A stretch of 64,000 nucleotides of DNA, taken from IMG/VR virus record IMGVR_UViG_3300020469_000009; one strand, written 5' to 3'. Source of the stretch: a virus. Shown piece by piece: positions 1 to 8,916 of this stretch. The notes beneath the pieces were generated by a model, which ran no database searches, was not told the origin of the DNA, and saw only the letters and a list, made by a program, of their open reading frames with translations. Position 1 is the stretch's first letter, and each line of letters begins with the position of its first letter. A program made the position numbers and the translations under genes.

Positions 1-123
1 TGTTGCTGCTCTAGCATAAGCCTCTTGGGGAGACTTTTCGCTTTTACGCATATAAAAATCTCTTAACATTCCTCTTGCGTAATCTGCCAACAAGCCATCA
101 CGTTCGGTATTAACTTTTACCAT
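1..123 (-). CDS. nrdA: Ribonucleotide reductase large subunit, 5' end (truncated by window edge)
   Basis: Manual translation MVKVNTERDGLLADYARGMLRDFYMRKSEKSPQEAYARAAT resembles class I RNR alpha N-termini (L.D.Y...E.SPQEA.ARA); ATG overlaps the primase stop (TAATG). Confidence 0.75.
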   Translation of the reverse strand, partial: MVKVNTERDGLLADYARGMLRDFYMRKSEKSPQEAYARAAT

Positions 124-953
124 TATACTCTCTTCCAGTTATCTAATTTAATTTTCGCTTGTAGACCTTGATAGATATTTTCTTGAATGATTTTGTGAGG
201 ATTGAGGTTTTCTAATATCATATCATTTATATCTTTTGTTCTTACATTATCAGGCCAAATTACTATCTTGAAACCTCTGTCAATAAACTTAGAATATTTA
301 GAAATTATTTCTGCATTTCGCGGTTCATTGTCTAGACATATTATCATGTCCGAATTAAGATATTTATTTTTAGCCATATCCGAACCGGCCATCGCGAGGC
401 AATTAGGCAAAAATAAACTGTCAATAGGACCTTCTACTACTATAGTTTCTTTAGTTTCATCCCATCTTTCTAAACCAAATATTTTATCTTTACTTTTATC
501 TAGTAATATAGTGATATATTTTGGTTGACTATCATCTAAGGCTCTTGCTTGTAAAGCAAATAGCTTATTTTCTTTGTCATAAAATGGTATGATTATTTTT
601 TTTTGGCCGTCTTTGAGATTGTACCCGTACCTATTAACCAAGCTTCCAAGAAACTCAGTGTATAGAAACTTATTATAATGGCTAACAGGAATCCTACGGC
701 TCCGTAAGAATTGTATGCACTCATGAGAATCGTGAAGACTAGAAGCCCTCGGCAAATCAGATAAGATGCTGCTATGATTGATGGAGACTTGCTTGTTAAT
801 GCTAGGCCTAGACTTATTAGAGAGGCTGTTAATAATAGTATCATATCTTTGGTTACGTTGACATCCATGACATAAAAACATTTTTACATCATTATCATTG
901 TACACAAACGCAGGGGTAGTGCCGCAATACGGGCACGCTATTTCCATCACCAT
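123..953 (-). CDS. gp61: DNA primase (T4 gp61-like)
   Basis: N-terminal CPYC...CHGC zinc finger; TOPRIM motifs VVEGPIDSLF, DNEPRN, KDINDMI. Confidence 0.95.
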   Translation of the reverse strand: MVMEIACPYCGTTPAFVYNDNDVKMFLCHGCQRNQRYDTIINSLSNKSRPSINKQVSINHSSILSDLPRASSLHDSHECIQFLRSRRIPVSHYNKFLYTEFLGSLVNRYGYNLKDGQKKIIIPFYDKENKLFALQARALDDSQPKYITILLDKSKDKIFGLERWDETKETIVVEGPIDSLFLPNCLAMAGSDMAKNKYLNSDMIICLDNEPRNAEIISKYSKFIDRGFKIVIWPDNVRTKDINDMILENLNPHKIIQENIYQGLQAKIKLDNWKRV

Positions 954-960
954 AGATAGA

Positions 961-1518
961 TTATACTTCTATCTTTTTCTTCTTTTTCTTTTTTTCAGTG
1001 CCACCGTCAAGTAAAGAATCTATTCCTACTAAACCAGTAGCATTTAAAGCTGCATTAGTATCAGCTCCAGATAAAGGTCCACCAAATGCTGCACCAGATG
1101 TCATAGACTCTTCCATAGCATCTAACATAGCATCCCAATAACCTTCTTTTGTAGTGAGGTCCCAATCTTCTTTGGTACAAATACCGTGTTCAACAAATCT
1201 TTCTTGTAAATACTCTGCAGTTTCAGAGTTTGTATGTTGTTCTGTATATTCTTTAATAAGCATAAGTGCAGCTACATAAGTGCCAAACCTAGCACCACCT
1301 GGTACTTTAGATATTAGTCTTTTTAAATTCCAAACTAATCTGTCTAGCATATTGAAAGAGGCTTTTTGCTTTTTATCTCTATCTCTTTTATTTACTAGTA
1401 TCTTGCCTTTTTTATCAATAACACCTGTTTTAAACGCATCCCATTTGGAATACTTCATTGTAAGTTTACGAAGCATTCTAAAAACAAATATTGTATCTAC
1501 TACACTTTTTCCAGCCAT
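961..1518 (-). CDS. Conserved T4-like protein (gp61.1-like) with a C-terminal mimic of the major capsid protein N-arm
   Basis: WDAFKTGVIDKKG...LKRLISKVPG family signature next to primase; residues 136-167 match gp23 residues 49-80 at 20/32. Confidence 0.75.
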   Translation of the reverse strand: MAGKSVVDTIFVFRMLRKLTMKYSKWDAFKTGVIDKKGKILVNKRDRDKKQKASFNMLDRLVWNLKRLISKVPGGARFGTYVAALMLIKEYTEQHTNSETAEYLQERFVEHGICTKEDWDLTTKEGYWDAMLDAMEESMTSGAAFGGPLSGADTNAALNATGLVGIDSLLDGGTEKKKKKKKIEV

Positions 1519-1525
1519 ACTCTAT

Positions 1526-1900
1526 TTAATTCCCAAGTTTCTTTAGTAATACTGCAGTTTCCAGGCTAAATTTAACTTCAACCCAATCAGATTCATGAAG
1601 ATATGATAGATATTCAAATATTGTTTTAAACACTCTTTTTTCAGCATCATTGCAATGGAACATCATAAGTTCTTTGGCAGCATCTGTTTCAAATACATTA
1701 AAGAACAATATAACATGGTTGACTAATAAACGTATGTTTACATCTTTACCATTTACAATTTTTGTGGCTAATTTACGAGCATATTGTGATTTACGTAAGT
1801 CGTCTTGGAATTCTTTTTTGTCGGCAGCATAGACATTTCTATAATGCTTAAAAGCGTATTTCTCGAAATTTTTCTTATCCAGCTGCATCGATGTGACCAT
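1526..1900 (-). CDS. Conserved hypothetical protein of T4-like phages
   Basis: YAFKHY...EFQDDL...RLLVNHVILFFNVF pattern recalled from marine T4-like phages; lies in a late operon. Confidence 0.75.
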   Translation of the reverse strand: MVTSMQLDKKNFEKYAFKHYRNVYAADKKEFQDDLRKSQYARKLATKIVNGKDVNIRLLVNHVILFFNVFETDAAKELMMFHCNDAEKRVFKTIFEYLSYLHESDWVEVKFSLETAVLLKKLGN

Positions 1901-2273
1901 ACTCAGACGGATTTAATTTTGTCTGTGGCTTGGTATCGACTTTGTCTTTCTTACCGCTTAATTTGACTTCACGGGTTTTTTCGGCATCAGCTTCATCATT
2001 GTCAAATTCTTTATTACCAATTGCTACGTTTGCACCAGGTACTTCACCTGGAACAGATGCTGGTGCTCCAGCCACTGCAGATGCGGGTGCATTAGCAGGT
2101 GCAGCTTCGCCATCAGATACTTCTTCCTCTTCTTCATCATCAGATTTTTCTAATGGGTTTTTACCATTAGAAATTTGTTCACCTTCATCCTCTTTAATTT
2201 GATTTAAGAGTTTTATGAAGTCGTCAATATCACCTTCAAATTCTTGTAGAATATCTTTTATGTTGATTGCCAT
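1875..2273 (-). CDS. Acidic low-complexity late protein, possibly a head core or internal protein
   Basis: 132 aa, E/D-rich with an Ala/Pro linker; TATAAATA lies 4 nt upstream of the ATG. Confidence 0.65.
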   Translation of the reverse strand: MAINIKDILQEFEGDIDDFIKLLNQIKEDEGEQISNGKNPLEKSDDEEEEEVSDGEAAPANAPASAVAGAPASVPGEVPGANVAIGNKEFDNDEADAEKTREVKLSGKKDKVDTKPQTKLNPSEYGHIDAAG

Positions 2274-2277
2274 AGGT

Positions 2278-2285
2278 TATTTATA
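2278..2285 (-). promoter_or_regulatory. T4-type late promoter TATAAATA
   Basis: Exact gp55 consensus 4 nt upstream of ATG 2273. Confidence 0.8.
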
Positions 2286-2288
2286 CAA

Positions 2289-2319
2289 GAAGGGAAGAGA
2301 TGTTAAGTCTCTTCCCTTC
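2289..2319 (-). terminator. Stem-loop, probable terminator after the YRG peptide gene
   Basis: 12-bp inverted repeat GAAGGGAAGAGA/TCTCTTCCCTTC with a 7-nt loop; U-tract is short. Confidence 0.65.
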
Positions 2320-2343
2320 CGTTCTTATACTGTTGCAATAAGC

Positions 2344-2466
2344 TTAAGCAGCAAGTTTTCCAGTAATTCCACGATAAGTGACTTCGTCACTTTTCTTCGC
2401 TTTAGTTACTGGCGGCTTGCTTTTTAAGGTTTTTGCATCGTATTTGATACCTCTGTAGCAGTACAT
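2344..2466 (-). CDS. 40-aa basic peptide with two YRG motifs (DUF4278-like)
   Basis: MYCYRGIKYD...VTYRGITGKLAA; RBS GGAGG-taat-ATG supports the 2466 start over the track's 2526. Confidence 0.8.
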   Translation of the reverse strand: MYCYRGIKYDAKTLKSKPPVTKAKKSDEVTYRGITGKLAA

Positions 2467-2527
2467 ATTACCTCCGGTTTTCGTATCGATTTCGTACATA
2501 CACCTTTCGGTGTACACCCTTCTCAAC

Positions 2528-2663
2528 GCGTTCCTTCAGCAAACTTTCGGTCTCGTTCCCTTCTGGATTTATTGACCCAAAAAGAAGGTACTTGCTTTCC
2601 CCTAAGAATAGGGAGGTTTTCAGGTTTTGCCTACTTCCGTCATATATTGCTATATGATGAACG
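2528..2663 (-). ncRNA. Glutamine riboswitch-like RNA (glnA/Downstream-peptide class) with a large P3 insertion
   Basis: Minus strand: CGUUCA-UCAUAUA(GCAA)UAUAUGA-CGGAAGUAGGCAAA...UUUGCUGAAGGAACGC; P1, P2 hairpin and loop-E AGUA/GAA consensus, upstream of a YRG peptide. Confidence 0.8.
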
Positions 2664-2668
2664 TATAA

Positions 2669-2676
2669 TATTTATA
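2669..2676 (-). promoter_or_regulatory. T4-type late promoter TATAAATA driving the riboswitch/peptide unit
   Basis: Exact consensus 5 nt upstream of the aptamer CGUUC. Confidence 0.8.
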
Positions 2677-2679
2677 CTA

Positions 2680-5175
2680 TTATTCAAAAAAATTTGTTAG
2701 TGTAAGCCGCTTCTCAATTGACCAACCTATTGGGTCTAAGATACCTTCCATAGGTTCAACAATAATTTTTTGGAACATTTTTTGATAGTCAATATACTCT
2801 CTGACTTTAAATGTATTAGGTATTGCAGTCATATAAGATATAACATCTGAACCTACATTGTTAGGTTCTCTTAGCCAAAGGAATTTACCTTTTTCACCAT
2901 TGTTGATATATTCCCATGTGTTTTCTAGTTTATGTTGCTTGACAAGACGATTGAATAAAACAGCACCACGAATATGCGGTGGTGTACCTTTTTTAAAACC
3001 AATATTATCTCTTGGAGTATATGCCCACACATTATTCATAGTTCTTGGAAATGCGATATCTTCACCACGCAATGTCAAGAAATACTTTTTAAAATCTTGA
3101 ACAGCTTTTTGTACTTCAGCTTCATCACTTACCAAACACAATTCAATAAGTTTAAGTAAAGGTTCCCTGCAAATTTGTGGTGTTGAAGAACGTATAGCTT
3201 CAAGGCCTTGAATTTTTAGTTTAGGTTTTTCAGGACGATAGCCTTCAATATCCCAAACATTCATAGCATATCTTTTCTTGGCAGTCCAAAATGCAGAATC
3301 AGCTATATTTTCACGGCCCATAACCATTTTTTGTTCATACACATTTTGATATTTAGCTATCTTATCAAATTCTTGATTAAGAGCTTTGGTTAACTGTTCT
3401 TCGCAAACTCTGTCAAGAATATCTACAACTTCAGTTTTAGATTTGTCTGCGAAGAACTTATCAACCAATGGTTGAAGATTTACATAGTTTGAATCTGTGT
3501 CTATTGCTATAACATAATCAACTTTATCTGTTTTTAATAACTTATTTAGATAAGCATTGATTGCCATTTCAGCACGTTGAATTACAAATTGGCCAGATAA
3601 TGTAATTGATGAACCTAGCCTTGGGTCAAACCATCTATAATATTTGTTTGTTATTGCACCATAACCTGAGTTAAGTAATATTTTTCTAACATATTGAGCC
3701 AGGTGTAATTTAGTAATATCCTTACCTTCTTTTTGTGCCTTCTTCATTACACCCTGAATTTTTTTACGTTCAGAATATAGTTTACGCATAGCTCTTGGAA
3801 TCATACCTTCACGGTCTTTTTTGAAACACCAGCCAGATGCTGCAACAGCAAAATCACCAGGATTTTTAAATGTTTTATTATGTAAAAAATCACGCATACG
3901 TTTATCTTCAGATATATCAGGCCACACTTGAAGTTTGTCCATAATAGTTTCTGGAGATATATTATATTGCATAATTAAATGTGGATATAGAGAATTCAAA
4001 TCAAAAGATGCTACCCACCCATGTTTACCAACCTGTGGAGTTTTAACATAACCACCTGGAATAGCTTCAGTCAAACTATATTTAGGAAATGTAGTTGGTG
4101 GTATTTTATTTTCAACAGCCATTTCACGGTTAATCAAAGCATCCCAAGTTTTAACTACACCTGATACATCTTCATAATTAATACCAGCTTTATATGCCAC
4201 AGCTATTTGCACATCTATCAAACCCATTTTATCATCAAGTCTTTTAACAAGGTTTGTATCTTGAATATTGTAATCAATAAACTTATTAAAATCATCAAAG
4301 AATAATCTATGTAAAGTACCTGCTTCTTCATAATCAAGTTTCTTTTCACCAAGTTCTACAGTGGCAATATGGTCTAAACGATATGATTCTTGTACTGAAT
4401 TTTTTTTGTATCGGTCTAGATAATCAATATCATCTACACCCATGATTTCTACTCTTAGTTGTGTACCTTGTTTAGTTGGAAACTCACGTAATCTTGTGAC
4501 ATTCCAAGGTGATAATCTTTTAACATCAAAACCTAGTTTGACCATTCGGTTATGAATATACGGCATATCAAAAGTTTGTGTATTCCAACCCGTCACAACT
4601 TGTGGAAAGTTATCACACCAATACTTTAAGAAAAATTCTAGTATTTGTCTTTCAGAATTGCATGGTACATAAAATACCTTGTCAACTAATTCTTCAGGCA
4701 ACACAGAATCATTCCTTGACCAATCACCATTGCCAAATGTGATAAATTTATCCCTTAAACTGTCATGTACACAAATGGCTGTAATAGGATGTTTAGCTTC
4801 ATCAGGCTCTGGAAAACCTTCTTCAGAACTTACCTCAATATCAATAGTAAATACTCTAATCTCTTCACGCTTCCATTCGGTTTCAGCATTAGGATAAGTT
4901 TCTATACAATATTGAGAATTATAAAATGGAAAACCATATACTTTTAAATTTGTTTCTTCGTTTTGTTTAGCAAAAGTACGAGCATCAGGAATACTATCAA
5001 ATTGTAATGGTTTTAAATGATTACCATATATGTCAGTATAGCCTGTTTGTTTAGCTGATTGTATGTATAATGTTGGTTGATATTTTATTTTACTACGGAA
5101 TTCTTGACCATCTCTTATTCCACGAACAAGTAGATTTTGACCATACATGGCCACATTAGTGTAGTATTCTGACAT
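2680..5175 (-). CDS. gp43: Family B DNA polymerase (T4 gp43)
   Basis: Exonuclease DIEV; polymerase motifs SFDLNSLYP, KILLNSGYG, IDTDS, KKRY; 831 aa with no intein seen. Confidence 0.98.
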   Translation of the reverse strand: MSEYYTNVAMYGQNLLVRGIRDGQEFRSKIKYQPTLYIQSAKQTGYTDIYGNHLKPLQFDSIPDARTFAKQNEETNLKVYGFPFYNSQYCIETYPNAETEWKREEIRVFTIDIEVSSEEGFPEPDEAKHPITAICVHDSLRDKFITFGNGDWSRNDSVLPEELVDKVFYVPCNSERQILEFFLKYWCDNFPQVVTGWNTQTFDMPYIHNRMVKLGFDVKRLSPWNVTRLREFPTKQGTQLRVEIMGVDDIDYLDRYKKNSVQESYRLDHIATVELGEKKLDYEEAGTLHRLFFDDFNKFIDYNIQDTNLVKRLDDKMGLIDVQIAVAYKAGINYEDVSGVVKTWDALINREMAVENKIPPTTFPKYSLTEAIPGGYVKTPQVGKHGWVASFDLNSLYPHLIMQYNISPETIMDKLQVWPDISEDKRMRDFLHNKTFKNPGDFAVAASGWCFKKDREGMIPRAMRKLYSERKKIQGVMKKAQKEGKDITKLHLAQYVRKILLNSGYGAITNKYYRWFDPRLGSSITLSGQFVIQRAEMAINAYLNKLLKTDKVDYVIAIDTDSNYVNLQPLVDKFFADKSKTEVVDILDRVCEEQLTKALNQEFDKIAKYQNVYEQKMVMGRENIADSAFWTAKKRYAMNVWDIEGYRPEKPKLKIQGLEAIRSSTPQICREPLLKLIELCLVSDEAEVQKAVQDFKKYFLTLRGEDIAFPRTMNNVWAYTPRDNIGFKKGTPPHIRGAVLFNRLVKQHKLENTWEYINNGEKGKFLWLREPNNVGSDVISYMTAIPNTFKVREYIDYQKMFQKIIVEPMEGILDPIGWSIEKRLTLTNFFE

Positions 5176-5187
5176 ATTAGTATTATA

Positions 5188-5568
5188 CTAATTTGACGAC
5201 TTTTTGCCTATAGTATAATTAGCTTTTAATGTCCAAGATGATTTTTCTTTGAAAGGGATTATCTTTACTTTTTGTAAAGATGCTGGTTCTGGGTTTCCTA
5301 CTACTGAACAGAGTTTCCATTCTTCAAGCAACTTAGCAATGCCATTCCTACGAGCAACATCTTCTTGTGTTATCTCACGGTCAAAGCCATCAAGCTTAAA
5401 TAACTCTCTATAGTGGCAGAGATAATACTTTCCTTTTTTATGTAAAATATGACAAGTTTGAACTAGTTTTCTGTCTTTGCTCTCTAGTCCAATCCTAGTC
5501 AAAGTTTCTACAATTTTTAGGAAGTCATCTCGCTCTTTGAGTTGAATTTCTAGTAATTCCTCTAACAT
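5188..5568 (-). CDS. regA: Translational repressor RegA
   Basis: DDFLKIVETLTRIG...QTCHILHKKGKYY signature; between gp62 and gp43; GGAG upstream of ATG 5568. Confidence 0.95.
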   Translation of the reverse strand: MLEELLEIQLKERDDFLKIVETLTRIGLESKDRKLVQTCHILHKKGKYYLCHYRELFKLDGFDREITQEDVARRNGIAKLLEEWKLCSVVGNPEPASLQKVKIIPFKEKSSWTLKANYTIGKKSSN

Positions 5569-5606
5569 AATCTCCAAAAGTTTAAGTTAGATACGCCTGA
5601 ATCTAT

Positions 5607-6044
5607 TTATTTGATAGGTTTCCTACCACCTTGACCATTAGAGCTTTTGATTACCGTGATTTGTTCTGGAGTTAATACCTTGCAATAGTCTACAGCTGTA
5701 CGTTTTGATACACCAAAATATTCAGCTACTTCATCAACTCCATCTGTCTTAGTCATCTTTTGCCATTTAGCAAAATAACTATTTTTAGGCATTCCATGAA
5801 AGTAAAATGCATATTGTTCTTCTTCAGATACATTATCATATTTGTTCATCTCATTGGCAAAGTGAACTGTGTCACTTCTCATAGAGAATGCTAAATTGAC
5901 TACATATTTTACATAACCATTTAATTCACTAGCCCATTTTTTATTACCAATTGATTTAATATAATCAAAAGGTGATGGCTTTTTAATCTCGTATGTTTCT
6001 TCAGAAACTTCTTTGATTACGTTTCCGAATAAATCTATTTGCAT
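5607..6044 (-). CDS. gp62: Clamp loader small subunit (gp62)
   Basis: SPFDYIKSI...FANEMN...FAKW motifs; synteny gp45-gp44-gp62-regA-gp43. Confidence 0.9.
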   Translation of the reverse strand: MQIDLFGNVIKEVSEETYEIKKPSPFDYIKSIGNKKWASELNGYVKYVVNLAFSMRSDTVHFANEMNKYDNVSEEEQYAFYFHGMPKNSYFAKWQKMTKTDGVDEVAEYFGVSKRTAVDYCKVLTPEQITVIKSSNGQGGRKPIK

Positions 6045-6546
6045 TTGATTTTTTCTTTCTCCAATGTCCTATTAATTCTTTATACTGTCCCATCATAGAC
6101 TTTTCTTGATATTTGCATACAATCCACCATTGACCTGGGAATACCATAAATGCAGGTATATGAAATGCTGATGGTGAATGAAATAAAACATAAGGCATAT
6201 CACCTTTCCACATTAATTTTCTCATCCAGCTTTTAGGCTTGTACCCACTTATCATACCAAAAGACGCGCCATAGTCACCCAGTCCCAATTTAAGGCCTCT
6301 AAACTTTGATATACGTCTATGGCTATTATAATATGTACCTTTTTCCCATGCATAAAAGTAATTACCACGTCTAATAATATAGCATGGGTGTGTTTCGTTA
6401 TAACCAATACGTTTAGCACGAGCTCTAGGATAGTGTGTACTTAGAAAAAAGTATATCCTACTAATTTTGTAAGAGAGGAACAATTCTAACAATTTGTTCC
6501 AGGCATTTTTCAGCCACTTCTCTATGCTCTTTTTGTGTACTTGCAT
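6001..6546 (-). CDS. Hypothetical protein
   Basis: Only ORF filling the thyX-gp62 gap; overlaps both neighbours; start uncertain. Confidence 0.5.
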   Translation of the reverse strand: MQVHKKSIEKWLKNAWNKLLELFLSYKISRIYFFLSTHYPRARAKRIGYNETHPCYIIRRGNYFYAWEKGTYYNSHRRISKFRGLKLGLGDYGASFGMISGYKPKSWMRKLMWKGDMPYVLFHSPSAFHIPAFMVFPGQWWIVCKYQEKSMMGQYKELIGHWRKKKSNANRFIRKRNQRSF

Positions 6547-7093
6547 CTTTTCTTAACTCAATGTAATGAATCCAACTTCGTAATGTACCATTTACGTATA
6601 GCGTTGACATAGTGTTTCCTTCTGGTAAAACTGCTCTTGCTTGTTCTTTTGCAATACCTTTATCTAGTGCCCATTGATAAACTAATTTTGCTTCATCAAT
6701 AACACCCTGCTGTTTATGTTCCCAAGCTTTTTGTAAATCCATATCGGCATTATCTATAGAATTTTGTCTGTTCTTATTGTCTTGCATTCTAGCTTCTCTA
6801 AGAGTAAAATCCTGTGCAACCGCATACCTTTGACTAAACTCTTGAAAAGAAAAACTTCTATGTCTTAAAATTTGCCTTGCAATATCTCTTGTTGTCTTAA
6901 TTTCTAAACAAATATTTACCATTTCAAATGGAGACCAATGTTTATTTTTCATAAGATAATTTAGTAGCTTGTTTGCTGTTTCAGAATTATTTTGATTATC
7001 TGGATTTGACACTCTTGCTGTATATGCTACTAACTCTTGAAGATTAGCTTTCTCACCGTTTGTATAACTTATGATGCTAACTGAACTTGACAT
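6461..7093 (-). CDS. thyX: Flavin-dependent thymidylate synthase
   Basis: RHRSFSFQEFSQRY ThyX motif, HWSPFE, EQARAVLP, TQKEHR. Confidence 0.97.
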   Translation of the reverse strand: MSSSVSIISYTNGEKANLQELVAYTARVSNPDNQNNSETANKLLNYLMKNKHWSPFEMVNICLEIKTTRDIARQILRHRSFSFQEFSQRYAVAQDFTLREARMQDNKNRQNSIDNADMDLQKAWEHKQQGVIDEAKLVYQWALDKGIAKEQARAVLPEGNTMSTLYVNGTLRSWIHYIELRKDASTQKEHREVAEKCLEQIVRIVPLLQN

Positions 7094-8012
7094 TCTTCAT
7101 AACCTCTACTACAAATGCAGCTAAATTAATTTCTTGGCTAGTCACAAAAGCTGCCCTGTGTTGATATTCACCAATGATTAATATAAGATTAGGTATAGAA
7201 CTTGCTTCTACATACTCATTAATATTACGGTAAAAATCTTCAAATAAACTATCAGGGTCTGGATTATCAGCAATCCATTGACGACATGATTTAAAATCTT
7301 TTTGTTTGATAAATTTAATAAGTGTTTTAACTTTAGTAGTATTTACTAAACTAATAATACCACTATCAATTTCTCCAGATATATTAGAGTATCTTTGTAA
7401 TTCATTTATGATACGACGATTATCTGGAAAATACTGTTTGACAACTTCCAATACTGCTTTTTGATCAGCTTTAATACCTTCCTGATTTAATATTGATAAA
7501 CATTTTTTAGCTACAGCACCAGCAATTGCTGGTAAATCTTTCTTTGTAATACTAAAGTCAATAACACTACACCTTGAATGTAATGGTGGAATAATTTTAT
7601 GTTTGTAATTACAGGTTAATATGAATCTAGCATTACCACTAAATTCTTCAATAAAATTACGAAGAGCTGGTTGCACTGCCAAACCCAGGTAGTCGGCTTC
7701 ATCAATAATCACTACTTTCGGCTTAGTAGTTGTACTAACGGTAGAGACGAATTTTTTTATCTTATCTCTAAGTATGTCTATAGACCTACCTTCATCTGAC
7801 CCGTTGATTATGATGTAATCACAACCTAGCTCTTCGCAAAGGGCCCTAGCTACAGTAGTTTTGCCAGTCCCTGCCGAACCTGATAACAAAAGGTTCATCA
7901 TTTCACCTTTATCTTTTAGTGAGATGAATACCTTTTTCAAATTGTCTGGTAAAATTATATCATCCAAAAGTTTAGGACGATATTTTTCTACCCATAAAAA
8001 ATTATCTTTCAT
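7077..8012 (-). CDS. gp44: Clamp loader large subunit (gp44)
   Basis: LWVEKYRP, Walker A GSAGTGKTT, Walker B IIDEAD, SRC motif. Confidence 0.97.
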   Translation of the reverse strand: MKDNFLWVEKYRPKLLDDIILPDNLKKVFISLKDKGEMMNLLLSGSAGTGKTTVARALCEELGCDYIIINGSDEGRSIDILRDKIKKFVSTVSTTTKPKVVIIDEADYLGLAVQPALRNFIEEFSGNARFILTCNYKHKIIPPLHSRCSVIDFSITKKDLPAIAGAVAKKCLSILNQEGIKADQKAVLEVVKQYFPDNRRIINELQRYSNISGEIDSGIISLVNTTKVKTLIKFIKQKDFKSCRQWIADNPDPDSLFEDFYRNINEYVEASSIPNLILIIGEYQHRAAFVTSQEINLAAFVVEVMKNVKFS

Positions 8013-8245
8013 TTAAGTTCCTTGCTATGTTTTTTAATATATCCAATTGACCTACCTGTAGCTCTTGATGCAGCCGATAAACTATCATATACCTTACCAT
8101 TATACTCTACTGCTATAGAATTTTTTACAGCACCAGGTTTTCCTAATGGTTTAAATCCGTCTTTCCATTTTTTTTCGAGATTAGCAGCCTTGCGTTCCCA
8201 CGTCTTCTTCCAACGTGTCTTCTCGAACTCTTTCGTATTTGTCAA
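8009..8245 (-). CDS. Small basic protein with a NUMOD1-like HTH
   Basis: VEYNGKVYDSLSAASRATG resembles NUMOD1 DNA-binding modules. Confidence 0.55.
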   Translation of the reverse strand: MTNTKEFEKTRWKKTWERKAANLEKKWKDGFKPLGKPGAVKNSIAVEYNGKVYDSLSAASRATGRSIGYIKKHSKELK

Positions 8246-8639
8246 CTTGTACTCCGCATTCTTCTAAAAAATCTATGCCATCACATATTCTATATGGTTC
8301 ATCATAGACAACACGAACTACACCCGCCTGATGGATGAGCTTTGCACAATCATAGCAAGGAGATAGTGAGACATAAAGCGTCGATCCCTCTGCACTGGCT
8401 GTAGTTCGCGCGACTTTTGCAATTGCGTTTGATTCCGCATGCAAAACTTCTCTTTTGGTTTTATATGAATCATCTTCACAACAGTTATCCCACCCACGTG
8501 GGGTACCATTATAACCAAAAGCTAGTATGTTGTCATCTTTTACTATGATGGCACCACACTTAAATCTTTTACTGTAAGAATTTTGTCCTACAACATTTGC
8601 TAGTTCCATATACAATTTGTCTTGTCTACTCTGTTTCAT
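8181..8639 (-). CDS. cd: dCMP deaminase
   Basis: GYNGTP, HAESNAI, SPCYDC zinc-deaminase motifs. Confidence 0.95.
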   Translation of the reverse strand: MKQSRQDKLYMELANVVGQNSYSKRFKCGAIIVKDDNILAFGYNGTPRGWDNCCEDDSYKTKREVLHAESNAIAKVARTTASAEGSTLYVSLSPCYDCAKLIHQAGVVRVVYDEPYRICDGIDFLEECGVQVDKYERVREDTLEEDVGTQGC

Positions 8640-8916
8640 CTTCTTCTTTTAATAACTCTAATACTTGCACGGGTACTAACATATGAATTTTGTATGTTTC
8701 TTTTTTTGGATCGTTTTTTAATGCTTCTTTATAGAGACTTAATGCACTTAATGCATCATCAACAGTCACTTCTAAAAGTTTCTTATGTAAATCTTTTTGA
8801 GTTTTTAAGAACCTTTCAGCGGCAGCTGTAGCATCTTCAATAGCATCTTCAATAGATACTCTATCTTCTTCTGTGATATCAGACAGCACTGTACTCGCCA
8901 TCAGGTTGAAGGGCAA
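8626..8916 (-). CDS. Hypothetical protein
   Basis: 96-aa acidic helical ORF filling the gp45-cd gap. Confidence 0.55.
   Translation of the reverse strand: MPFNLMASTVLSDITEEDRVSIEDAIEDATAAAERFLKTQKDLHKKLLEVTVDDALSALSLYKEALKNDPKKETYKIHMLVPVQVLELLKEEDETE

Noticed and set aside
2467-2526. Upstream TTG extension of the YRG peptide ORF
   Set aside because: Lies in the structured RNA leader; the GGAGG RBS points to ATG 2466.
8009-8245. NUMOD1-like ORF as a homing endonuclease
   Set aside because: No HNH or GIY-YIG catalytic domain; too short.
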